A stretch of DNA of 58,549 nt, counting the filler, from Dugesia japonica (taxonomy: Eukaryota): NCBI GenBank assembly GCA_001938525.1. It is 4 parts of 4 records of this genome, joined end to end, with 100 filler letters (N's around TTAATTAATTAA, not from the genome) between each part and the next. Parts side by side here need not be neighbours in the genome. Positions count along the whole stretch, not along the records: positions 20,185 to 39,708 come from MQRL01609821.1; positions 39,809 to 58,549 come from MQRL01645527.1; 2 more parts are not named here. The stretch is one strand, 5' to 3'. This document shows, piece after piece, positions 38,133 through 49,562 of the stretch. The notes below the pieces were generated by a model, which worked only from the letters and a program-made list of their open reading frames with translations, had not been told where the DNA came from and searched no databases. The position numbers were made by a program, and so were the translations under genes. Position 1 is the stretch's first letter. Every line of letters starts with the position of its first letter.

Positions 38133-38378
38133 TTATAGGAATTCTAAAATCTCTTTTACCCCTCTATACTTTCTAGTTCTTCTTTGAAATTGAAAACCAA
38201 ACGCTTCATAAAGTATATTTTCTAACCAAACTTCTTTTTTTTCCCAGTTGTCATTTTCAAAGGAATAATTCACCAATAAAATATTTAACATGGTTTTTTC
38301 CAATATACGAATAACATGAAAACTAGTAATACGATTTTTTAATTTTTGTTGGTCAAAATCCCTTAATGAAAATTCCAT
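38133..38378 (-). CDS. Hypothetical 81-aa protein, first gene inside the right TIR
   Basis: Intact ATG ORF preceded by the CTATAAAAATTATTTATAAA cassette that is shared with the next gene. Confidence 0.5.
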   Translation of the reverse strand: MEFSLRDFDQQKLKNRITSFHVIRILEKTMLNILLVNYSFENDNWEKKEVWLENILYEAFGFQFQRRTRKYRGVKEILEFL

Positions 38379-38394
38379 TTTATAAATAATTTTT

Positions 38395-38722
38395 ATAGCA
38401 CTTTGTGGAATTTTTCATGCCCGATTTTTTATGCCCGAATTTTTCATTCCCGATTTTTCATTCCCGAATTTTCATAGAGAATTTTTTATGACGAATTTTT
38501 CGATTTTTTAATGTCCGATTTTCTTTGCCCGAATTTTTTATGCGCAATTTAAAATCGAAAATTTTTTATGACGAATTTTTCGATTTTTTCATAGGAAATT
38601 TTTATGTTGAATTATTAAATTTTTCATTTTTTATCTAAAATAGGGTATTTTTCATAAAAAAACTGAAAATTAAAAAAATCGTAAAAATGGTAGTGCTAAG
38701 AGGTGGTTATTTATACATTAAT
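38395..38722 (-). repeat. Polinton right TIR with internal 14-bp repeats
   Basis: Inverted match to 25977-26178, with extra ATGCCCGA(A)TTTTT units. Confidence 0.93.
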
Positions 38723-38952
38723 GACTCTAATACTGGCAATTGACTATATACAATCTACCAATTGTTCACTCAATCAATTATACTTTGATTGTACTATCAA
38801 TCAATCTAAATAATTCAGTCAATTATTCATATATTTTCAGCCTTAATATTATAAAATCCTTTGAAAATATAGGTTCATTCAGAATAATGTACATTATTCG
38901 CCTATTAATCATACTTAGTATAATATTTGCTAATATAGGGTTTAAGTCATAG

Positions 38953-39200
38953 TACACAACTCTCGCTATTATCAAGTCTTAACATACACAATACTCACTA
39001 TCAATAAGTATTAACATACACAATACTCCCTATTATCAAGTATTAACATACAAACAGTACAATATTCGCTTTCATCAAGTCTTAATACATAATACTCGCT
39101 ATCAACAGCTATTAACATATACAATTCTCACTATCATCAAGTATTAACATATCCAAATCTCACTGTCGTTATGTATTACCATACACAATATTCGTTATAA
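38953..39200. repeat. Minisatellite, about 32-bp unit TACACAATACTCGCTATCATCAAGTATTAACA
   Basis: About 7-8 degenerate copies. Confidence 0.8.
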
Positions 39201-39912
39201 TCATTTACCTATTGATTATTCAGTTAATGGCTTAGTCTATTCATCGCTTATTCTTATAGTCAGGTCTATAATCCACACTGAATATATACATTACAACCAA
39301 TAACTGGTTAATTGTTCACATATATTCAACTTAATATATACACATATGTAAACATAACATCTTTGTAAACATAACATCTTATCAATTAATTTACCCATTG
39401 AATATCTGCTTGTAACATTTAAATTTATCCAATCATTAAAAGTCTAACCAATTATTCACAAACCTATTATTAACGTTTCAAATTAATTAAATAATTAAAT
39501 CCTCAAATAGAAATTTTATTCAATCAAAGTAAAATAATTAATAAAAAATTTATGAAGTTTTAAAATTAACCAAACAGTACATTTACCAATAGTGAAAAGC
39601 TAGACCAACAAAGAGTAAGAAAATTAGTAAAGATTGAAGACCTGTGAAGAACGAGAAAACCATTGACAACTCAAGATCAGTGCACAGCTATCAGAGTTTT
39701 GATGTCTGNNNNNNNNNNNNNNNNNNNNNNNNNNNNNNNNNNNNNNNNNNNNTTAATTAATTAANNNNNNNNNNNNNNNNNNNNNNNNNNNNNNNNNNNN
39801 NNNNNNNNATATATTACAATTAAAAATAAAATGATTAATCATGCCGAAGAAAATTTCAAAGTTGTATTAATAATTATTGTAAAAAATGTTTGGTGCATTT
39901 TTAAAAGATCAA

Positions 39913-41583
39913 TCAATTTTTCTTGCTTTTTGAAGTGATGCAATTGTATATAACTAATTGCACAAACAATTCTACTATTTCCAACATTGACATAACCGAA
40001 AATCCTAAATACAATCCTAAAATTCCTCCGATATCTGATAAGAGATTTTCAATAGGATATGACAAACTTTCTTCTGTTATCTCAACAGAAAGTTGTTTGG
40101 GAATAAATTTAAGAACTGACACTAAAAGTAACATATCAATTTCATTTTGTGCTGCTGCTCTCAAAACATCAACAGACTTATTTTCAGCCAAAATATAAGG
40201 CACTACACTTTCAATAGATTCTGCAAAAAGTGGGATAAACCCCCAATTTTGCCGATCCATTCTAACTGTTGAAACTTCGAATTTGTAATTATTCTCTGTA
40301 CAACTTGGTAGACACATCTTTGAAAATTGTTCATTTTCCATTGATTTGAGTTGCTGTTGATGGCATGAATATCTTATTGCCAGATTTGAAAATAAATTAT
40401 TTTTTGTGATATTTTGTATTTTTTCTAATGAAATAAATGAATTATTAATCTTTGCTATTAATTCAGATGGAATCTCATGACAGAAAGGGGCTGAATCAGG
40501 AATTGCTGAAGAGCATAAGAGTAATTCCGAGCGACATCCACAATTTTGATAAATTACTTCGCTCTTTTTAGTTTCAGTGCATAGGTACCTAGAATAGGAA
40601 TATGTATTAAGTTCACTTAAACCATAGCCTCTAAGTATAATATCATTTGGATTATCAAAGCAAACATTATTACTGTTGTCTCGAATTATAGTTTCTTGGC
40701 TAAAAGAGATTTGTTTTGAAAGTCCTCTATATACATAATGACCACCGGATTTTAAATCAGGCATAGAATTAGGAGGATGTATGTAAACCATACCACCGAC
40801 GAGTAATTGTTGCTCTTCTAAAGATCTCACTGCCATTTCAAAACGGTCATTACCACCTACAGCTAATAAATTGAATAAAAACGCCGTATTATCAGAACCG
40901 TCCAAATAATTTACAGTACGTATAAGAGGTTTAAATGTAACACAAATGAATCCATCAAATGTCGGAGTCACTGCGAGATTATTTACAGTAATATTGTTTC
41001 CTTTGTGATTTAATTTTATAATTATATCATGTCTTCCTCTTAATCGTTTAATATTATATGTTTGTCGCATTATTGAATATCGTGCTAAAGGCGCTGTTGA
41101 AATATTTAAAACAACTTTATTCCAGATTTCATTGTAGCGATTAAACAGTTCAGTGAACGTTGTCCCATTAAATATTTGTGTAGTATCTGGAGAAATTGAA
41201 TTAGTAGGGTCAGATTCTTCATAGAAATATAATCTTTGATTCGGACAAGCTGTAATATCCGGCATGATTAATCTATTATCTGGTGTTACATAGAAGGAAG
41301 AATTTACTCCATAATCGAAATACCGAAAGATTAAAAAAATTAAATGTATAATTAATCCAATAAATGTAATTATCATTATTATGACCCAAATCCATCTTAC
41401 TACATTAGAACTTTCTGAAACCTTTACAAATCCATGCCCACTAGTATTCTTACAAAATGATTTTATCAATGCTTTTGAATCTTTATCTTCTTCATCTTCT
41501 TTTTCAATACCTTCTTGTTGGTAATCATCTGAACCTTTAGATCTTTCACTTTCAAAAGCGTTATTCTCAAATGAATTGTTCAT
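39913..41583 (-). CDS. DEG/ENaC (ASIC/FaNaC superfamily) amiloride-sensitive cation channel subunit, intronless, 556 aa
   Basis: FCKNTSGHGF (HG motif), TM1, MPDITAC, Cys-rich thumb (CGC, CLPSC), and LLSDIGGILGLYLGFSVMSMLEIVE (TM2 with GxS filter). Confidence 0.95.
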   Translation of the reverse strand: MNNSFENNAFESERSKGSDDYQQEGIEKEDEEDKDSKALIKSFCKNTSGHGFVKVSESSNVVRWIWVIIMIITFIGLIIHLIFLIFRYFDYGVNSSFYVTPDNRLIMPDITACPNQRLYFYEESDPTNSISPDTTQIFNGTTFTELFNRYNEIWNKVVLNISTAPLARYSIMRQTYNIKRLRGRHDIIIKLNHKGNNITVNNLAVTPTFDGFICVTFKPLIRTVNYLDGSDNTAFLFNLLAVGGNDRFEMAVRSLEEQQLLVGGMVYIHPPNSMPDLKSGGHYVYRGLSKQISFSQETIIRDNSNNVCFDNPNDIILRGYGLSELNTYSYSRYLCTETKKSEVIYQNCGCRSELLLCSSAIPDSAPFCHEIPSELIAKINNSFISLEKIQNITKNNLFSNLAIRYSCHQQQLKSMENEQFSKMCLPSCTENNYKFEVSTVRMDRQNWGFIPLFAESIESVVPYILAENKSVDVLRAAAQNEIDMLLLVSVLKFIPKQLSVEITEESLSYPIENLLSDIGGILGLYLGFSVMSMLEIVELFVQLVIYNCITSKSKKN

Positions 41584-41627
41584 TTCTTAATTATAAAATA
41601 CTAAACAACTCATTAAATATATACTTT

Positions 41628-41629
<2 letters not shown>

Positions 41630-41692
<63 letters not shown>

Positions 41693-41799
41693 NNNNNNNN
41701 NNNNNNNNNNNNNNNNNNNNNNNNNNNNNNNNNNNNNNNNNNNNNNNNNNNNNNNNNNNNNNNNNNNNNNNNNNNNNNNNNNNNNNNNNNNNNNNNNNN

Positions 41800-41850
<51 letters not shown>

Positions 41851-41870
41851 CATTATTATTATTATTGTTA
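41630..41870. repeat. (AAT)n / (ATT)n microsatellite spanning a gap
   Basis: Directly visible; the orientation flips across the N run. Confidence 0.9.
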
Positions 41871-43547
41871 TTTGTTTTATAAAAGAAATGCACAATTGAT
41901 ACAAATTATTTAAATAGAAATGAAATTGAAGCTACAAGACATCATTGTGTTTTTGAAATTTATAAGTGATGAAAATTTATAAAAAAAAGAAATAATATTA
42001 TACATCAAACTAAACTGATGTATTTTGTAATGAAAAATAACTTACTATTTTCAGGAAATATAAATAAAAGTTTCTTTGTCGTTATATACTTATATACAGA
42101 AAATAAGTTATTTCTCTCTATAATTGAAATATGAATTATTTATTACATGACTGTCACAAGGGGCATTTCAATTACTGTTGTAAATTTGAATAAATATGAT
42201 TTTGAAATATATTTAAATACTGATATTTATGAGAAATAAAATTGAAATTTTTCTATATGACGTTTTGTCAGATTAAATGGAAAATCAATATAAAATAACT
42301 ATTGTTTCTATTAGTTGAAAATTTATTGAAATAAATTAATTTGATATGCTTGTTTATCTTAAATATGAAATCAGTTCAAAATGTGAGCAGCTTCCCAAAA
42401 ATTATATAAAAAAATTCTAACTTCAAAAAAATAAAACTGATATTTATGAACCTTGTTGGTAAACAAGAAAAAATTATAAACAAAATATATTTATACAAAT
42501 ATATGTATACAATAATTTTTTTAAAAATGTTTTATTAAATTTCTTAAAATTTCATTCTTAAAATTTGTTTAAATGAAAACTTTAAATAAACATTAACAAA
42601 AATATTTGATTGTTTAAATATCTCAATTTGAATAAAAATCAACATTGTTTCACAATTGCAATTATTGCGAGAATAATTGTTGAACGTAACCATTGATCGT
42701 TTTTCAGAATTCATTTAAAATAAAAGCTTCGATCAAAATTTGTAAATATGTTAAATAAATTTAAAGTGCATGCGTGTGAATGATAATTTGGAAATCCAAA
42801 TGTTGTTTACGAAATGAAATTTCTTCCTTATATTTATGTGTTGTTAAATTTATATAGCAATCATTGGAGCTTTGGAAAATCCAAAAAATTAATTTTGTGT
42901 ATTGTTATATTTTTCTCTGAACAAGTTTGTGTGTATCTGATTGCTGAAAAATCAGTAAAAATACTGATTCAATTTTAGTTTGAGACATAAATTGTTAAAG
43001 TTGAAATTTTTATAGATTTGTTCCGTGGGGGTGTAGTTTGATACTAATAAATCTTTAAAAAGAGTGTTTTTTGATTAAAGGATAAAATTTTAAAAAAGAA
43101 ATTTTCAGAATTATTGTTGTGAAATAAAATTGGTTAAAGAAGATCCAATTTTCAATTCGTGATAATATTTATTGTATAATTAAGTCAATTCTCTCAAGCG
43201 CTCCTTATCTGTTTGGAGTCAGTATTATTTTCCACTAACAACGGGCCACAGTTTTCCTAAGGGTTTAGGTTACTGTTGCCAGAGTTCTTACTGCTCAAGG
43301 TGTCGTGTATACTCCGACAATTGTAAGATACTTTTTAAAAGCGGATTTAAATTTTTTGTATTTTAAAGCGGGATTTTTTGAAATAAGATTTGATAAATAT
43401 TCAAATTTTTATAGTTAAAAATAATTTATAAAATAAATAAATTATCGTTTTTATTATTTATAAAATTAATAAATGTATATTAAAATTTTTGTAATTTTGT
43501 TAAAATTTTCAAATTTCTGTTTGTCAATAAAATATTTTTTTAATTTA

Positions 43548-45345
43548 CTGTAAAATCCCGAGTATAAGCTGCAGCACATATTAGGTGCAGGCTGGTTATT
43601 TTTGAAGATGTGTTTTTTAGTAGTAAAAACTGCAGCACGTATAAGCTGCACAATTTCCATATGAGAGGCATTGTAGTTCGGCTGAATAAAATAAGCAATA
43701 AACTATTTTTTATAAATTTTTACTGTAGAGAAATGCTTCAAATAGATTTTAAAAATTTATTATTATTTTAAAATCATTTACTTTTCATTAAAAAGCAAAT
43801 AAAATATTCATAATAATGATTTTTATTCTGTTTATATTTTCAGCAATAACTTGCGTGATTTTTAAATCCTTGATTCAAGATAGTCAACGATAATAAATTA
43901 GAACAAAAGAAACAGCGAAGATCCTTTAGTTCAGCAAAGAAAAAAGAAATTATTGATTTAGATCGTTAATTAGGAAACATATGGGAAGCTACGCGTCGAT
44001 ATGATATTAACAAAACTGTGATTGGACGGTGGATCACAGAAGAGCCTGAAATCAAAGCAATGCATCCAAACTGTAGAGCTTTGCCTGGTGGTAATGCTAG
44101 ATATCCGGAATTGAAAACACGATAACACAAGTTGGTCTTAATACAAAGTGAACGAGAACTTCAAGTATCAGTTTTAAGAATTAGATTATAGGCACAAGTT
44201 ACTGTCACAGAGATGAGGATTAAAACATTTGCAGTGAGCTCTCAATGGGCTAATAATTTTATGAATCGCATGAATCTTGGTGTTTGCCGGCCCACCACAA
44301 AGCAACAACTACCCAAAGATTGGGAATTTCTGCTAGCCAAGTTTAGAAGCACCATCGCTGAGTTGAAGAAGGATTTACCCGATAATCAAATTGTAAATTT
44401 TGATGAAGTATCTATTCCATGTGATATGTCACTAGAGTATGCTGCTGAAACTAAAAATGCCACCTATGTTCAAATTAAAACTACAGGGCATAAGAAATAA
44501 CGATTTACAGTTAATTTATGTGTTCTAAAAGATGGTTCTAAACTCTCGCTTTTTGTTATTTTGGACAGAAAGACACTTTCAAAGACTCGAATTTCTGAAT
44601 CAAAGCTTGTCATCGTAGATAATAGATCCGGTTGGATAAATCACGAAACACTTGAGATGTGACTTATGAAAAAGTCGAATTACTTTACCTAAAAAAGACA
44701 CCATGGAACCAGGATCCAAAAGTACCATCACGGCTTATATTTGATATGCATCGCTCACATCTAGTGACTCTTACCCTTGATAAAATTAAGAAAGAATCCA
44801 AAATTGCTATTATTCCGGCTGGGTTAACATCAAAGGTGCAGCCTTTAGACCTTACTGTTAACCGATCGTTTAAGTCAAAATTGCGTAAGAAGTGAGATAA
44901 CTGGATCATCAAAGATTATGAAAATTTATAACATACAAAATCGGGGAATGTGAAAAGCGCTGACTGGGATACTATTTTTGACTGAATTGTCTCCCCATGG
45001 GAAGAAGTTAACATTTCAATCATTTTGAATGGCTTTCGTGTTTCCTTCTGTGAGAATGATGATGTTCCTGAAATTTAAGAAAATGAAATGAATATGAATG
45101 AGTCTGATCAAAACATTCCTGACGTTCCTGAACTTATCGAATTGTTAGAAAATTTTACTGTTATTGATGATGAAAACAATGATGATTTTGAAGAATATGA
45201 TGTTGAGTAAAAGAAGGTAAATAAATAAGTTTAATTTCGAGTTAGACAGTTTTTAATTCGTATAAGCTGCATAACGTATTAGCTGCAACCCATAAATGTT
45301 GTTTTTTGCACGTATAAGCTGCAGCATATACTCGGGATTTTACAG
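43548..45345 (+). mobile_element. pogo-family (POGK-like) DNA transposon, 1.8 kb, both ends present, transposase pseudogenised
   Basis: TIR CTGTAAAATCCCGAGTATAAGCTGCAGC / GCTGCAGCATATACTCGGGATTTTACAG with TA TSD; NFDEV, LIFDMHRSH, IPAGLTSKVQPLDLTVNRSFK. Confidence 0.93.
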
Positions 45346-46069
45346 TATTTTTAATATTTTACATTATTAAAATTTTGAGTAAAATAAAATGTATAATAAA
45401 GTAGAGTATAAAATATTGTAAATAAAATGTGTTTTTACTGTATTTTTTAAATTTGACAGCTTTTCTTATTTATTCTGCAAGAAGGACCTTTACCCGATTA
45501 GTGGGGTCAGATCAGTTATCAATTGACAAGTAAATATTAAGTAAATAATTTTTATTGTTCTAAAACACCCAACAGGGGGAAATTAATGAAGCAAAAAAAA
45601 GAATAATTAATTAATTATCTGGAAAACTTCCAACAATATCCCAAGAAATTAAAATCAATTTGAAAAATTAGTATAATAATTATTTTAAAAAAAGTAATGT
45701 AATGTTAATGAGAATGGATTTGTAAAGTTATTTAAAAAATCTTTATATGACACACCTTGAAAAGTATAAAAAGTTTGAGGATATATAAATTTTGATTTAA
45801 TCCCAGTCTACTTGTCAAATAACTTTAAAGGATTTCGAAATTTTTGTAATATTTCTAGTTGACTCGTATATTTGTATTTCTCTCTGAATTTGTATATTTT
45901 TTAAACTGATTTATTTGCTATATTTTTGTAGAGACTCTTGAATGGCCTCGGTCTATCTATATTTCAGTTACATCTCATTTACAATTTCTTCCATTTCCTT
46001 CTCTGTGTCAACTTCACAAGCAATTGTGATTATTGTGGAAGTATTCTCTTCAGCAGCAGAGTCCAGCAT

Positions 46070-49000
46070 CATGGATTTCAAATTGTTTGAAATGAGCCGA
46101 GAAAAAGAAAAGTTCAAGCTGTTTCAATCAAATAAGACCTTAACATGTGCAAATGGCTCACCGATTAAGGTAATTGGATATTCTTTTATAAATGTAACTA
46201 TAGTAAATAAAACTACTAGAATTAGAATGACTATTGTAGATAAATTGTTCCCAAAATTCATAATGGGAATAAAATATATCAAAAAGATGAATGTGAGTAT
46301 GTTTTGAAAAGCGGATTGAAATTTTTGTGCCTAGGTTGGAAATCTTTTTCTTTAAAAATGTAAATAAGGAAGATTAAATTTTTAGACAAAGACNNNNAAT
46401 TAGTTAAGAGATTAGCTTATATATTTATAATTTATTGTAGACCTTTTTATAAAATGACTACTTATTGTAAAATGCAAAATAAAATTTTATTTAAAAATTT
46501 AATTTATTGAATTATGGCAAAATTGTTTTAATTTAAAAGTTTAAATAACAAAATGAATATTTATTGAGTTATGTAAAAAATGTTTCAATTTAAAATTTTT
46601 TTAAAATGTCAAAAATGTTTTAGCTGGAAAATTTAATTTTAAATTTTAAATTAAGAAAAAGATTTCTAATTAAACAGAGTTCTAATTTTTTTGAATANAT
46701 AAATAATGATTTTATTTGTTTATGTTGCTGTCAATAAATCTTTTTTGGAATAAAGTTGTGAATTCAATACTTTGAGGAGTACTTCAAACTCGTCTAATAA
46801 TGAACTTCTCGATTTTACCAAAAATATACTGTTTAACTGTATATGAAATAATAGTACCTTTCATATCCAAAATAAAAGAGCTAACAGAAAACTAAAGAAC
46901 TCTGATTCAAGGGTCCAGATAATAGTGCGAGAAGTGTGAAGTAGGCTAAAATGTGTACAGTAAGAATTATATTAGACAATACAGTTACAATTTTGAGTAA
47001 AGAAGAAGTAACTGTTTTTAGGAGTGTAGATAGCAATATTTTTGTTTGAAGCACGTTTTATTTAGTCCTTGTAAAGATAAGTTAGCAAATATATGGGTTG
47101 TAGATGCGAATAGTGTGTGTTATGTTAGGGGCAGTCTTCCCGCTAAGCTGCGCGCACGCGCGCGCGCAGCTTGTTTTATGTCTCAGCGCAGTTAAATGTA
47201 TTCTGCGCTCAAGAATAATTCTTGTGATTTCTGGTGAACACCATTTCTTCTAATTGATAACATTTGTTCCTCGTGAATCAAAATATTTTTAGTCTTGAGT
47301 CAAGTCTATCTATAGGAATGTTAAAATTATCTTGGTTAAAGCCGTTTTTTGGAGGCGTGAGCCACGTGACTCCTGAACCCCACCCACTTTGACACATCCT
47401 GTCTGAGAATGAAATTTTCGTAAAAACATTTGCTCAGTAAGTTTTGCAGTCTGCTTATTGGTCTTTGTTCTGCACTCACTAGTCTACATGCTTTAGTGGG
47501 AACATTGGTTAGGGGAACTGGTTAAATCCTAATAGAAAATAATTAACTTAAAGCATAAAGATATTAAAATGTTTAAAAATACGAGATTAGGTTGTATTGA
47601 GACTTTAGGTAATACAGAAGATAATTTTGAAAATATTAATAGAATATATCAAGATACTGGAATATGAAATATTCAATGTATAATGGATAGATTTATAAAC
47701 AGACATTTGGCTGATATCGATAAAAATGCGAAAAATACTGTAATAAAGATAATAACGGGATTTAAAGATATATTTTGTAAAGATAGTTATGATATCGGAC
47801 ATTGTCTAATTTTAAAAAATGAAATAGATGTCATCGATCCTAAACAAATTGCTCAACCATTACAAAGAGCTCATCTTCATCTAGACAGTAAAATCAACGA
47901 TATAATCAAAGAGCTTGAGCAAAACGGAATAATACATGAAATTAAAAGTCCCCAATCTTTACCTATTTTGGCTGTTTAAAGGATATCTGGAGACATTAGA
48001 TTATGTATAGACTAAAGAAAATTAAACTCAATTACTGACAGACCTATTTATCTGATTTTAGATAATCAGCAGTTGTTAGATTTACTTATGGGATCAAGAT
48101 TTTTTAGTTCACTTGATTTATCTAGAGGTTATTACAATATAGAAAAAAGTGGCAAAAACAGAGAAAAAACAACTTTTGCAAAACATAAAGGTCAGTATGA
48201 ATTTAATCGCGTGTCGTTTGGACTGTGAGCATCACCAGAGACTTTTTAATGATTAATGCATTTAGTTCTCAGAGAAGAAAATTTTGATAAATGCTTAATA
48301 TATCTCTATAATATCTTGATTTTCGGGAAAAGCATAGAGAAACACAATAAAAGACTGAAAACGGTGTTAGAGGAAACACGGCCGTCGGGAGTTAAGTTAT
48401 CTCCTAAGAAATGCGTTTGTTGAAAACGTCAGTAAAATATTTGGATCACAAAATGTCAAGCAAAGGAGTGAAACTGATCCAGAAAAAATTAATGCGGTAA
48501 GCAATTGAAGTATTCCGAATACAAATGAAGAATTATCAAGTTTTTTAGAGTTTTGCAATTATTACAGAAGATTTATTTGGGGAAATGTCAAAATTGTCTA
48601 ACATTTAGAAAATTTGTTAAGAGATGCAAACATCACGGGAAACGAAAAACGATAGATTTGACATGGGAAGAATTTTATAAGGAATCTTTCGAAAGTTTGA
48701 AACATGCTCTCACCAGCGCACCAGTATAATTGTTCCGAAATACGAATGATATTTTTGTATTGGATACAGATCCTAGTCATTTTGCAATAGGAGCAGTTTT
48801 TAGTCAAATTCAAGATAACGAAGAAAAAATAATTTGCAATGGATCTAAGAAATATTTGAAGGCAGATAAATGTATCACCAGGAAAGAACCCATGGCGGCT
48901 CATTACTTTGTGAAGATATACAATCATTATTCATTGGGAAAGAAATTTGTTATTCGCACAAACTATAAAGGTTTAACATGGATGTTGAATTGGAAAAGAC

Positions 49001-49071
49001 CAAATACATCACAGTACTGCTCCTGGATTGATGAACTAAGTATGCATGATGGCTATTTCAAGTCAAGTTGA
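46070..49071 (+). mobile_element. Ty3/gypsy pol pseudogene (protease, RT, RNase H)
   Basis: LTCANGSPIKVIG..FIMG (protease C-half); IRLCID*RKLN, FSSLDLSRGYY, YEFNRVSFGL and CLIYLYNILIFG (RT); FVLDTDPSHFAIGAVFSQ (RNase H). Confidence 0.9.
47132..47507. mobile_element. hAT MITE, 376 bp, nested in the gypsy remnant
   Basis: TIR CAGTCTTCCCGCTAAG / CTTTAGTGGGAACATTG; perfect 8-bp TSD GTTAGGGG at 47124-47131 and 47508-47515. Confidence 0.88.
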
Positions 49072-49562
49072 ATATTAAGATTTCATCAAACAGGATTACC
49101 ATTAGAACCAACATGTGTGCATGTTATCTATTAAACTGCAAATTTATTTTTACAGTGCATAGAAATGGCAAAAGAAATAAAAAGATATAAAGATTCAGAA
49201 TAAGACTGTTTTTTTGTAAAAAAAACGTTTTTGATTTTTGTAAGATCTAACAATAATTGAAAATAATACTTTACGCCCTAAAATTTAGGGTTTCAAAGAA
49301 ATAGTAAATTCTTTTTGAATTAATAGTAACTCAAAAATACCGATAAAGACGAAGTGGAACCCACTGAACTTGCATCACTTAGGTGCCTATTTTAATCTAG
49401 GCAAAGGTTTATATCCAATATTTTCATTGTAATAAAAACAAAACATAATAATTTATATTATTTCAAAATTTGATAATGAAATTTAACTTTTAATGTTTAG
49501 AAACAATGTCATCATTTTTATTAATTAATTCGCATCTCAAATCATTGGAGATTTTTGAGTTT

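Larger units (their letters stand above)
25977..38722. mobile_element. Polinton/Maverick (adintovirus-like, group 2/beta-type PolB) endogenous element, 12.7 kb, both ends intact, genes decayed
   Basis: Left end AGTAATGTATAAATAACC and right end GGTTATTTATACATTAAT are inverted; the 6-bp TSD GACTCT is at 25971-25976 and 38723-38728. Encodes pPolB, retroviral-type integrase, A32-like ATPase, adenain, and major and minor capsid proteins. Confidence 0.96.

Noticed and set aside
41571-41904. Poly-N/I/L/Y ORFs and an apparent AAT/ATT palindrome
   Set aside because: These are microsatellite translations across a gap; the inversion cannot be verified.
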